Origin: Pseudomonadota bacterium
GTDB taxonomy: Bacteria; Pseudomonadota; Gammaproteobacteria; JAKAQQ01
Reading direction: 5' to 3'
DNA length: 64,000 nt
Assembly (NCBI GenBank): GCA_027320085.1
Contig: DAHVLZ010000005.1
Coordinates: 35,220 to 99,219, forward strand
The notes beneath the pieces were generated by a model. It was not told the DNA's origin. It did not search any database and saw only the letters and a program-made list of their open reading frames with translations. The position numbers and the translations under genes are program-made. Below, in pieces: positions 49,544-58,931 of this stretch (position 1 is the first letter of the stretch; each line of letters starts with the position of its first letter).

Positions 49544-50357
49544 CGGAGACGTCCGTCGCCGATCAGTGGCCGTTGCGGCCGGCCGGCGATGCGGGTGGTG
49601 AAGGCGAGAGGCCGTGAGCTTGAGATCCTCCCGCCCCGGAGGGCGGAGATGGCTTTTTCCTTGGCGTCCTGTTCTTTGCGATCCTCGGAATTTCAACGGT
49701 CACTGCAAGTTTGGCGACACCCGTCACGGGAGTCCAGGGCCTCAATGATCATCTCTTTCCCGGTATGGGGACCGCTCATCCACAGACACCGAATATCAGC
49801 AAGGTCCCGGGAACTATGGAAGTTTACGAGTGGAAAATCCCGGGAGAACGAATGCTCCAGGTCAACAGTCCGGAGGGTGCGCCTTGGGGATTGTTCGCCG
49901 TGACAACGCGTCGGGTCTACGCTATTCCCTTAGGTCGAAGCGTAAGCACAGCTGGAGGGGTTTGGGCTTTATGGCGAATTCAACTCAAGTGGGCAAAAAT
50001 TAGCCCTGATGGTCGTGCGGGGTTGTTCTCCTGATGGCGGCATCCACAATGGGTTGGCGATGTATCGGACCGGAGGCGGGGACGCGCTGGGGGTGAAGTG
50101 CATCCCGGGCCGGGGGGGCTGGAAAGCCCAAGATCCCGCCGACCCGTTGTGCCATTCATCTTGTGGACGAGGTCGCCATCCACGGCGCCCGCGACGGGCT
50201 TGAGGTCGCCGACCGGGCAGCGAAGTCGTCTCGGGAACTCGATCGATCCCGTTTGGGAGCATCAAACCTCCGACACCGACCGGAACCTGGGGACACCCCG
50301 ATGCACATCGCTTGGGATTATGATTGAAGCCCCATTGTCCACTCGGGCTGGCCAAAA

Positions 50358-50564
50358 ATGAGTCCAGCAACCATAGACCTGGAGCGCACCGGCTTGGAAT
50401 TGGAGGATCGCCATGGCAATCCCATCCGGGTCTGTAATCAAACATCCGGGCAAACCCGGGGGGATGCGCTTCTGGAAAACCTGGTCGCCCTGGATGTTCT
50501 TTTCGAGGCCCGACACGATCCTCGCTTTTTTGGGGTGCTTCGCGGACAGGCAGGAAATTCATGA
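50358..50564 (+). CDS. Hypothetical 68-aa protein, candidate partner of the downstream nucleotidyltransferase
   Basis: 4-bp ATGA overlap with the next ORF. No domain recognised. Confidence 0.35.
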   Translation: MSPATIDLERTGLELEDRHGNPIRVCNQTSGQTRGDALLENLVALDVLFEARHDPRFFGVLRGQAGNS

Positions 50565-51133
50565 ATCCCGGCAATCGATCCCCAACGTTGCTGGAAGCGG
50601 CTGTCGCCATCCAGCGTGTGCTCGGGGGCGAGTCCCTGTTGATCGGGGGGGCAGCCCTTGGCATGTGGGGGGTGGACAGGATGACCCAAGACATCGATTT
50701 TGCATCGACCTTGCGGCCCTCCACGATTGTTGAGTTGTTCAAGAATATCGGCGTTTCTGTGGATCTTGAGACTGGAGATCCGGATGACCCTGTTCCTTGG
50801 GTGATCCACGGCCGGATCCCGGCAGGGGACGGACGGAGGGTGCCATTCCAGATTGTGCCGTGCCTGCACGGAATCCAGATCGAAAACGGAGTGTCCACCC
50901 CCGACAATCGCGTGAGGGTGGTCGGTTTCGACGATCTCGTCAGGCTGAAGTGTGGAGCCGGAGGCCCCCAGGATCTCCTGGATATCGCCAGACTGGCCCT
51001 GGCTTACCCGGGAAAGATCCAGTCCATACGGGAAATAGCCAAAGAGTACCGGGTTCTGGAAACGCTCGACGAGTATCTGGCTTCCAGCCGCTTGCGAGAC
51101 CAGCGTTCGAAGTTGGGCGATCTCGACCGCTGA
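50561..51133 (+). CDS. Minimal nucleotidyltransferase-fold protein (Pol-beta superfamily; AbiEii/MNT-like)
   Basis: The motif LLIGGAALGMWGVDRMTQDIDFAS matches the GG..LG....R.T.DIDF nucleotidyltransferase signature. Confidence 0.55.
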   Translation: MNPGNRSPTLLEAAVAIQRVLGGESLLIGGAALGMWGVDRMTQDIDFASTLRPSTIVELFKNIGVSVDLETGDPDDPVPWVIHGRIPAGDGRRVPFQIVPCLHGIQIENGVSTPDNRVRVVGFDDLVRLKCGAGGPQDLLDIARLALAYPGKIQSIREIAKEYRVLETLDEYLASSRLRDQRSKLGDLDR

Positions 51134-51329
51134 CCATCTCATCACCTGGGTCATTCAGTGGCGGTCGCCAATGGAAATGAATCTCCAGCGGTTTACAGAA
51201 TCCAGCAAAGGCACTCAGGAACCTTGTTGCATCTCCAATGGACAGGCCGGAGGCGGCTCGCTGCTCCGGTCTGGCCAGTACCGCCTCGTACTCCAGAAAT
51301 AGTGCCGAACTGGCCGTGACGGCCAGGAC

Positions 51330-51489
51330 GGGCGGGCGAGGATTTCCAACACCCGACGGCGACATCGCTGCGATGGCGGTTTCGAGGGGTTTCATCGTGG
51401 CGTCACGCGACAGAGCCCCCTATGGGGCGGCCGGTGTGCCCGTCATCAATCCATGGGAAGCACGGCGAGATCCAGATAGCCGCGGGTGA
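51330..51489 (+). pseudogene. vapC (PIN toxin) C-terminal remnant
   Basis: GRGFPTPDGDIAAMAVSRGFIVASRDRAPYGAAGVPVINPWEA aligns with the C-terminus of the intact VapC at 17186..17614 (GRGIETADACIAAVAIANRFILATRDIRPF...LIDPWEDA). The N-terminal half is absent. Confidence 0.45.
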
Positions 51490-51649
51490 CCCGAGTGATG
51501 GGTCTACCCCGAATAGCAGCAGGCAGGGAAACCGCATCGCGGGCATGTCCCGACCGAATTTCCGTGAATCGGGCGGTCGGTGACTCGCAGATAATTTGAG
51601 CCGAAAAAGCCCTCGATTGCGAGCACGTCCGGTTTCAAATGCAGGCCGC

Positions 51650-51980
51650 GACAGGTGGCATCCTGTGGCCACGGGGCGTTTCCGGTGAGAGCGCCGGTTT
51701 TGTCGGCCGCCGTCCGGAACCAAGGGCCCGTCCGGGGCGCCGGCGAGGTATTCATCCAGGCACTGCTCCAGCTTGTGCTGGCCGGGGTCCTCGTGTTCCT
51801 TGCCCCCTTTTTCGTGCAGACGGACCCAGCCGCGACGTCCCCGCACGAAACAGTCCCGCACCTTCATCTGGAGCACGGCGTCCACGCGCGCGAAGGTGTA
51901 GACCATGACCCCGATCAATGCCCGGTCGCGCAACCCGGTCACGACCGGTTCTCCGGCTGCGGCGCTCTCGGTGCGCATCG
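51650..51980 (-). pseudogene. Tyrosine integrase fragment (truncated catalytic-domain core)
   Basis: LRDRALIGVMVYTFARVDAVLQMKVRDCF...GWVRLHEKGGKEHE matches the conserved RDRAL..L.YTG.R.SE.L box I region of phage integrases. No downstream HxLRH/Y motifs are present. Confidence 0.5.
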
Positions 51981-52427
51981 TCTTGCAGCGCCCTCGCGGC
52001 GCGGACCACCACGATGCGATCGGGCAGCGCACGCCTCGTCAACCGAGAGAAAGGGCGTCTTGTCTTTCGGGACGTGCCTGAACTTCTCAAGATCAACATA
52101 AAAACGGCCTGCAAGCGTGCTGCGGAAGGCAGCCTGCCGGTTTCAAGGTTGGTGGTTCTTGGCGGTTTCCATGCCAGAAGTCCGCCAACTGGATGACCCG
52201 TAGGGTCGAGGAGCGAAGAAGGGACGGCAAGTCTTGATAACCGGATACAGCGCCAAGCGATTTGCGCATGGACTGGGCCGGCGGCATTCCGTGGTGGATG
52301 CCGCAGAGCGGGTCGGTACGCTGCTCGACGCGCAGGTCGATCTAAACCCGCATCAGGTCGAGGCCCCCATGTTTTCGTTCCAGCCAGTGACGGAACTGTC
52401 GATTTAGGGGAATCGGCGGGACCGGCC

Positions 52428-52778
52428 TCACTCCGGGAATGGCTGGCCGGAGGCAAAGGGATTGAGGATGACGGTTCCGTCCACGACGAGTCCGTGCTGC
52501 AGGTCCTCGCTGAGCAGCTGTGTGCACTCGGAAAGCCGTGCCGCCGCCACGATCTGCGCATCCCACCAGGAACAACCGAACCGGTCCATGATGTTCCAGG
52601 CGGCTTTGATCAAGGCCGGGCCGGTCTTGACGGGATGCCAGGCGAAAAGAGCCTGTACGTCGCGCCGGGCCTCGTCGGCCGGCAAGCCCGGCCGAAGCTT
52701 CTGGGTTGCATTCCCATAGAATTCCTGGAGGACCTGGAAGCTCAGCCGGCCCAGGCCTTGATGCCACAAGTAAGCCAT
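52428..52778 (-). pseudogene. PIN-domain (VapC-like) C-terminal fragment
   Basis: 116-aa ORF whose C-terminal WWDAQIVAAARLSECTQLLSEDLQHGLVVDG...LNPF resembles a PIN C-terminal strand/helix. No cognate antitoxin ORF seen upstream. Confidence 0.35.
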
Positions 52779-53076
52779 CCATCGTGCCGCGATGGTTTGC
52801 TTGCCGGGCGATGCGGCATCCCGGGCGTAGCCTTATTTCATGCCCAATAAATATGAAACTGACTCATGAAACTTGCAAGCCCTTGATTTCGGCGGGGCAG
52901 GACGACGTTTCAGAACTTACCCTTTGTGGGACAGAGAGCCGGGCACCAGCTCCTCAGGGGCGATGGCCAAACTCCCTTGGTGGCGGCTGCCACCACGGTC
53001 TGCTCAGAGCGCCCCGGGGCACGATCGATGGTAGGAAATTATGCTACTATTGCCTACCAGACTTAGGAGTGACTCC

Positions 53077-53352
53077 ATGAGTGGCACCATCGAGAAAATC
53101 AGTGTGGCGCTTCCGACAGATATGGTGACCTTGGTTCGAAGCGCAGTCGATACCGGCGACTACGCCTCGAACAGCGAGGTCATCCGCGAAGCGTTACGCG
53201 AGTGGAAGGCGCGCCGTGCGACGCGCGCCGAGGCCATTGCTGGGTTGCGCAAGCTCTGGGACGAGGGAGTCAGCAGCGGCCCCGCCGGCGATCTGAATAT
53301 CCCTGCCATAAAACGGCGTGGCCGGCAGCGTCTCCAAAGCTCGCGCAAGTAA
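53077..53352 (+). CDS. parD: ParD-type antitoxin (RHH/CopG)
   Basis: MSGTIEKISVALPTDMVTLVRSAVDTGDYASNSEVIREALREWK. Preceded by AGGAG. Confidence 0.8.
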   Translation: MSGTIEKISVALPTDMVTLVRSAVDTGDYASNSEVIREALREWKARRATRAEAIAGLRKLWDEGVSSGPAGDLNIPAIKRRGRQRLQSSRK

Positions 53353-53364
53353 AGAAGTTTTCCG

Positions 53365-53664
53365 GTGGGTGGGACATCGCGCGTCAAACGCACTCCACGT
53401 GCCGAGCATGACCTCGAAGACATCTGGTTCTTTGTGGCGCAGGACAATCCGGATGCTGCGGATCGGCTGCTCGACAGGATCGAGCAATCGACCAAGCTCC
53501 TTGCCGACCACCCACATATCGGAACCGCCCGGCCGGACGTTGCACCGGAGCTGCGCTATCACCCGGTGGGTAACTATCTGCTTCTCTATCGCATCATCAA
53601 GAACGGCATCGAGCTCGTGCGCGTGGTGCATGGAGCGCGTGATTGGGTGAGCCTGTTTCAGTAG
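53365..53664 (+). CDS. parE: ParE-type toxin (RelE/ParE superfamily)
   Basis: GTG start. PRAEHDLEDIWFFVAQDNPDAADRLLDRIEQ...YRIIKNGIELVRVVHGARD is a typical ParE. Confidence 0.8.
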   Translation: MGGTSRVKRTPRAEHDLEDIWFFVAQDNPDAADRLLDRIEQSTKLLADHPHIGTARPDVAPELRYHPVGNYLLLYRIIKNGIELVRVVHGARDWVSLFQ

Positions 53665-53970
53665 CCACCCTTTGGTGAGACAGCGATGCCCCCATCGGCC
53701 CCATATCGCGAAGAACCGTCCCTCCAGTCTGGAGAGATCGCAGGACATGAAATCATCGCTTAATAGACTCGACCCCACCACAGTTCACTCCGCATCGGAC
53801 CCATCTGGGGAAACTCCCAGGACCAAGGTTCCCCCGGGTGGCGGATCGGATGGGGGTTCACGGGCCAGCCCGGAATCGACCGCCAAGGCCTGGGTCGATC
53901 CCGCGAATTTGACACCTTATCTTTCTGCCTGCTAGCTTGAAAGTGCAAATGGAAAAGGGTGGATGGGATC

Positions 53971-54984
53971 ATGCGTAAGGGAGTGGCCATCGGCCTGGTG
54001 GGACTGTTGCTGGCGGGAGCGGGGGTTGGGTATTGGGCCGGCCGGGACACGACCCGCCCAGCGGCAGGGAGGATCCCGGGATCCGCCGCCCGGTGGGCAG
54101 GCCAGTCGTTCTGGAACACCCGGCCGGCGTGGAAGGGTCAGTCGCATCCGGTCCGGACCCCGTTTCACTTCTACGATCCCCTGAAGGGCCCCCCACCCCG
54201 GGAGACTCCCCGGCAACGCGCCGTGGACAGAGACCGGCTCAATAGGGCAGGGTTCTTCAAGCCGTTTCAACCGGATCTCACGGGTCCCCCACTGGCTTCC
54301 AGTTACAAGATCCTGGCGGCGCAGGCGAACCGGGGGAATGTCCAGGCGGCAAACATCCTCTTCAAATCGTTGATATACTGCAAGATTAATGCCGTAAATG
54401 CCAAAGGGGCTTTTTCCGGTTCACGTGGGCTGGAACGGGAACTCGCCCATATGCGGGCGACCCGGGAGGACATGTATGGAATGCCCACGGACCATCCGCA
54501 TGCCGCGGCCCGGCGGCTTCGGGAAGTCAGCCGCTATTGTGCGGGGGAGACCCACCCCCGGCAGGGGCCAGTAAGGTTTACGAAGACCATTACCCATTGG
54601 GGCCGGATCGCGCTCTGGAGCCTCAACCCCAACACGATTTATAACGTTTACAACTGGGACCTGGCTGCGATGTTGAAGCAGGCTGTGGCCATGGGTGGCG
54701 TTAAGTTGTACCGGGAAATCAATCGCCGTGCGGCATGGGCGGGCAATGCCCAGGCCTGGTTACGGGAAAGCCATGAAGTGAGTTGGTACCAGCCACGGAC
54801 CATCGAGCACCCCATCCATCGTTTTGCCGATCTCTACACGGCCTACCTGCTCACCCGCTCCCCCTACCTGGCCCGTGTGATCTGGAGGTACAGCCAGAGC
54901 AAATTCACGAACGAGCAGATCCGGGAAGGCGAACAACTCGCCCGCCGGAACTACAAGCGGATCCAGGCCAGAAAGGGCCAGTAA
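53971..54984 (+). CDS. Exported hypothetical protein (N-terminal signal/anchor helix), unknown function
   Basis: Start at MRKGVAIGLVGLLLAGAGVGYWA. 337 aa with a lower-GC central part and no recognisable domain. Confidence 0.5.
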   Translation: MRKGVAIGLVGLLLAGAGVGYWAGRDTTRPAAGRIPGSAARWAGQSFWNTRPAWKGQSHPVRTPFHFYDPLKGPPPRETPRQRAVDRDRLNRAGFFKPFQPDLTGPPLASSYKILAAQANRGNVQAANILFKSLIYCKINAVNAKGAFSGSRGLERELAHMRATREDMYGMPTDHPHAAARRLREVSRYCAGETHPRQGPVRFTKTITHWGRIALWSLNPNTIYNVYNWDLAAMLKQAVAMGGVKLYREINRRAAWAGNAQAWLRESHEVSWYQPRTIEHPIHRFADLYTAYLLTRSPYLARVIWRYSQSKFTNEQIREGEQLARRNYKRIQARKGQ

Positions 54985-55015
54985 CGGTTTTCATTCACAT
55001 GCGGGAGTTCAGGAA

Positions 55016-55225
55016 ATGAATCAGCTCATCAAGCGCAGTCTGGTCCTTTGTCTGCTTCTCGGGGTCTTTGGATACTGGCTGCCAGGGCCCGCTCGGGCGG
55101 CAGGAGTGTCTCCGCCAACCCGGTGCCAGGGATTGGCCCGGGTCAGCCAGCCCCGGGTATCGGGTGCGACCAATGCCTCGTGCGGGTCACCGCTCACCGC
55201 CGCTGCGCGGCGACGTACCGCTTGA
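55016..55225 (+). CDS. Small ORF with signal peptide (69 aa), doubtful
   Basis: Signal MNQLIKRSLVLCLLLGVFGYWLPGPARAAG. The 3' end runs into the 94-bp repeat copy A. Confidence 0.2.
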   Translation: MNQLIKRSLVLCLLLGVFGYWLPGPARAAGVSPPTRCQGLARVSQPRVSGATNASCGSPLTAAARRRTA

Positions 55226-55289
55226 GCGCGTTGTCCATGCGGGTTTGCCATCCAGGACCTGTCCCGCGGAAGAATTCCAGTACGTCCTT
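55196..55289. repeat. 94-bp direct repeat copy A flanking the hicAB cassette
   Basis: Identical to 56188..56281 except for one T/C mismatch, read directly. Confidence 0.8.
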
Positions 55290-55536
55290 TGGTCAAGATC
55301 AGCCCCGGTGACCTCTGGGGCGTCGTCGGGATCACGCCAGGTGCGGTGCGAGCCTTTTGATTTCATGCGCATTGGCTTTCCTCATGGAGAGGATCCGCCA
55401 CGCCTTGCCACGCGGCGTCTAAACCTTGACCTTTGCCAGCGCGTTCTGCGGTCCCGGGAGTTTCCGGAACAGCGCCACCGGGTCGAGCCATTTCCATGAC
55501 GTGCCGCAAACCGCGCCGTACTAGAAGTGGAAACCG

Positions 55537-55890
55537 TCAGTGACGACCCAAGCCCTCGGCAACGTATGTCAGTACCAGGGAATTGAGGCTGACGCCTTCG
55601 GCTGATGCGCGCGAGGTCAGGCGACTGTGTAGCGTGCGCGGCAGGCGGAGCACGAATTTCGCCGGCTCGGCGACACCGTGCGGCTTAGGGATCGGCTTGC
55701 CATCCTCGATGAGCGATTCCATCCACGCTTGAAAAGCTTCGCGACCATTGTCAATCGCCTCGGCAACGGTTTCGCCATCAGAGAGGCAGCCCGGTAGATC
55801 CGGGAAAGTGATGGCATAGCCCCCCCCCTCATCTGCTGGCAGCGGCTCAACACTGAAGGGATAACTGTCGAAGGCAGGTAGGTTGCTCAC
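55537..55890 (-). CDS. hicB: HicB antitoxin (RNase H-like fold + C-terminal RHH)
   Basis: YAITFPDLPGCLSDGETVAEAIDNGREAFQ and C-terminal LRLPRTLHSRLTSRASAEGVSLNSLV. Confidence 0.8.
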   Translation of the reverse strand: MSNLPAFDSYPFSVEPLPADEGGGYAITFPDLPGCLSDGETVAEAIDNGREAFQAWMESLIEDGKPIPKPHGVAEPAKFVLRLPRTLHSRLTSRASAEGVSLNSLVLTYVAEGLGRH

Positions 55891-56132
55891 GGCGCACCTC
55901 GAATCTCATCGATCAAATCGACAAACTGTCGAATGTAAATCGGCTTGATGGGCCGACGCACAGGCACCGTCACGCGCAAGGTCGCAGCCCGATGCGAAAA
56001 CACGGCGTGACTGCCGCCGGATTTTCTGACCTGCATGCCCAAGGATGCGGCGACCATCTCTAGATCCTCAATCCGCCAATCCCCTTTGGGGTTGGCGCGC
56101 ATCTGCGAAAGACGCTTTTCAGCGCTATTCAT
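55887..56132 (-). CDS. hicA: HicA mRNA interferase toxin
   Basis: MNSAEKRLSQMRANPKGDWRIEDLEMVAASLGMQVRKSGGSHAVFSH is the HicA/YcfA fold. Its stop overlaps the hicB start. The track ORF start at 56243 is an extension into repeat copy B. Confidence 0.8.
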   Translation of the reverse strand: MNSAEKRLSQMRANPKGDWRIEDLEMVAASLGMQVRKSGGSHAVFSHRAATLRVTVPVRRPIKPIYIRQFVDLIDEIRGAP

Positions 56133-56187
56133 GATATCACCAATAGTATCATTTTTCCGCAGCGACGAGCTTTCATGAAACCGTCTT

Positions 56188-56281
56188 ACCGCCGCTGCGC
56201 GGCGACGTACCGCCTGAGCGCGTTGTCCATGCGGGTTTGCCATCCAGGACCTGTCCCGCGGAAGAATTCCAGTACGTCCTT
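56188..56281. repeat. 94-bp direct repeat copy B flanking the hicAB cassette
   Basis: See copy A. Confidence 0.8.
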
Positions 56282-56362
56282 CGAGATCCGAGGCGTCGTC
56301 TGCGTCTTTTGGCCCGCTCCCGCTCGGCCCGTTGCTGCTTCACCATGCCCGGCCGTTCCGGC

Positions 56363-57451
56363 TCAGCCGGACCCGCTCTCCCGAAGACCGGGCGGGGGCG
56401 GGTTTCCGGATGTCCGGGGCATCCAGTCGATCCGGGTGTGGGGCAGACATTGGGGGTAACGGTCCTGCAGGAAGGCGATCAACTGTTCGCGGATGAGGCA
56501 GCGCAGGTTCCAGGAATCACTGCTGTTGCGGGCACTCATGAGCGCCCGCAGCTGGATGCCCTGGGGGGTTGCCTCCGTGACCTGCAGTCCGGCCGCCTTG
56601 CCGTCCCACAGGGGGGTCTCCCCGAGGCGGCGCAGGAGTTCCTCGCGCAGCGCCTGGACCGGCAGGGTGTAGTCCGCATACAGGAAAAGATGCCCCAGGA
56701 GATCAGCCTTGTTGCGCGTCCAGTTCTGGAAGGGCTGTTCGATGAAGTAGGAGAGCGGCACGACGAGCCGCCGGAGATCCCAGATCCGCACGACGACGTA
56801 GGTGGCCCGGATCTCCTCGATCCATCCCCACTCTCCCTCGACGATGACGACGTCGTCGAGCCGGATCGGTTCGGTGAGCGCGATCTGGATCCCGGCAATC
56901 AGGTTCACGATCAGGGGTCGGGCGGACAGGCCGACGATGAGTCCGGCGGCTCCGGCCGAGGCGAAGAGGGTGGCTCCGAGGAGGCGGACGGCGGGAAAGG
57001 TCATGAGCATGGCGGCCGCACTGACCAGGCCGACCAGGATGACGAAGGTCCGGCGGATGATCTGGAGCTGGGTATGAAGCTGGCGTGCCCGCAGGTTGTC
57101 GGCGGCATCGAGCGGGTGCTTTCCGGTCACGAAGTCCCGCCAGGCATCGAAGAGGGCAACCAGTCCCCAGCCGGTCAGGGCGATCAGGAGGAGGAGGAGT
57201 CCGTGGTCGAGGGGGGCCAGGATCGCCGGGCCGACCGGCAGGAGCCCCTGGGACAAGCGCGCCACCCCGACCGGAACGAGGAGGGTCAACGGGCGGTCGA
57301 GACGGCGGGCCGTGAACCGGGTGAAGCCGGGGAGTCTCTTTCCGAGCAGGCGGACGGTGATCTGGACGGCCAGCGCGGCCAGGATCAGGACGCCCAGCCA
57401 GGCCAGGAGCCGTATCGCGGGGGGAGCCAGCCAGGAAGGGGGTGCGGTCAT
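56363..57451 (-). CDS. Small-conductance mechanosensitive channel (MscS family)
   Basis: 362 aa with three N-terminal TM helices followed by the MscS beta-domain (RLDDVVIVEGEWGWIEEI). Confidence 0.8.
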   Translation of the reverse strand: MTAPPSWLAPPAIRLLAWLGVLILAALAVQITVRLLGKRLPGFTRFTARRLDRPLTLLVPVGVARLSQGLLPVGPAILAPLDHGLLLLLIALTGWGLVALFDAWRDFVTGKHPLDAADNLRARQLHTQLQIIRRTFVILVGLVSAAAMLMTFPAVRLLGATLFASAGAAGLIVGLSARPLIVNLIAGIQIALTEPIRLDDVVIVEGEWGWIEEIRATYVVVRIWDLRRLVVPLSYFIEQPFQNWTRNKADLLGHLFLYADYTLPVQALREELLRRLGETPLWDGKAAGLQVTEATPQGIQLRALMSARNSSDSWNLRCLIREQLIAFLQDRYPQCLPHTRIDWMPRTSGNPPPPGLRESGSG

Positions 57452-57458
57452 CGAAGGT

Positions 57459-58931
57459 TCAGGCGGAACGGCGGGCGCGGGTCCCGGCCAGTGTCCCGAG
57501 GAAGGCCTCGGTCCAGTGGTGGAGGTCCCGTTGTCTCAGCCGGTCCATCAGGGCGACCCAGCGTCGGCGACGCTCGTCGAGTCCCATGGCCAGTGCCTGG
57601 GCCAGGGTCCGGGCGACCTCGTCCCTGTTGTACGGGTTCACGATGAGCGCTTCCTCCAGTTCCTGTGCGGCGCCGGCCAGGCTCGAGAGGATGAGCACAC
57701 CCGGGGATTCCTCCGGTTGGGCCGCGACGAACTCCTTGGCCACGAGGTTCATGCCGTCCCGGAGGGGAGTGATGAGACCGATCTCGGCCTGCCTCAGGAA
57801 ACCGAGGATGGTGCTCCGCGGAAAGCCGCGGGTCAGGTAGCGCAGCGGCATCCAGTCGTATTCCGCGTGCCGGGCGTGGATGTCCCCCACGATCTCGTTC
57901 AGTTCACGCCGGATCTCCCCGTATTCCGGCACCTCGGTCCGTGACAGCGGGGCAATCTGGAGCATGACCACCTGCCGCTGGAATTCCGGCCAGTGTTCGA
58001 GCAGTCGGGCATAGGCCTGGAAGCGCAGGGCCAGTCCCTTGCTGTAGTCGAGCCGGTCGATGCCGAGCACGAGCCGGCGGCCGGCCAGGCTTGTGACGAG
58101 CCGGCGGCCATGGCGGTTCTGGTGGCCGGCGCGGGCCACCCGGGCGACCTCGTCGACATCGATACCGATCGGAAAGCAGTTGACCCGGATCAGGCGGCCC
58201 CGGAACCGGATCCCATGCGTTCCGAGCCGTGCCTCTGGCAGGAAAAAAGCAATGGCCCGGAAAAACGACTGACAGTCGAGCCGGGTCTGGAATCCGATGA
58301 GATCGTAGGCGAGCAGCCTTTCCAGGATTTCGGTCTGCTCCGGCAGGGCACGGAGCAGGTCGACGCCCGGAAAGGGCGTGTGGAGAAAAAACCCCAGGGG
58401 AGCCCGGACACCCAGGGCCCGGAGGCAGGCACCGAGCGGGACGAGATGGTAGTCATGGACCCAGACGATGTCGCGAGGACGGATCTGGACCTCCAGCATC
58501 CGCGCCCAGCGGTCATTGACCGCGAGGTAGGTTTCGAACGAGGACCGGTCGTAGTGCAGGAGGTGGAGCTGGGCGTGGAAGACGGGCCAGAGGCAGCGGT
58601 TCGCGAAACCGATGTAATAGCCCTCGAATTCCCGGTGGGTGAGGGGAGTCAGCGCGAAGCTCAGGGGACCCTCCGTCTGGAGGGTGGGGGCGGAGCCGGG
58701 ATTTTCCGAGATCCGGCCGTTCCAGCCGAACCAGAGCCCGCCGTGCTGGTTCAGGGCTTCGAGCAATCCCGTGGCGAGCCCGCCCTGGGCGGGCCCCCGG
58801 CGGTGCGGGATGGCGACGCGGTTCGAGACGATGACGAGACGGGTCAAAACGCCCCCTCCCACGGCGCGCTCAGGAGCAGGGCGGACTCGATGATCCCGAC
58901 CATGCTGTAGGTCTGGGGGAAGTTTCCCCAC
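57459..58931 (-). CDS. otsA: Alpha,alpha-trehalose-phosphate synthase OtsA (GT20)
   Basis: LVIVSNRVA...GGLWFGWNG and GT20 core motifs. The real start is probably a GTG near 58853, since the annotated start overlaps the GH15 gene by 88 bp. Confidence 0.85.
   Translation of the reverse strand: MGKLPPDLQHGRDHRVRPAPERAVGGGVLTRLVIVSNRVAIPHRRGPAQGGLATGLLEALNQHGGLWFGWNGRISENPGSAPTLQTEGPLSFALTPLTHREFEGYYIGFANRCLWPVFHAQLHLLHYDRSSFETYLAVNDRWARMLEVQIRPRDIVWVHDYHLVPLGACLRALGVRAPLGFFLHTPFPGVDLLRALPEQTEILERLLAYDLIGFQTRLDCQSFFRAIAFFLPEARLGTHGIRFRGRLIRVNCFPIGIDVDEVARVARAGHQNRHGRRLVTSLAGRRLVLGIDRLDYSKGLALRFQAYARLLEHWPEFQRQVVMLQIAPLSRTEVPEYGEIRRELNEIVGDIHARHAEYDWMPLRYLTRGFPRSTILGFLRQAEIGLITPLRDGMNLVAKEFVAAQPEESPGVLILSSLAGAAQELEEALIVNPYNRDEVARTLAQALAMGLDERRRRWVALMDRLRQRDLHHWTEAFLGTLAGTRARRSA

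Noticed and set aside
50940-51395. 151-aa minus ORF encoding ..PLETAIAAMS.. opposite the vapC remnant
   Set aside because: The plus strand over the same bases gives a clear VapC C-terminal alignment. The minus-strand translation is a mirror coincidence without family support.
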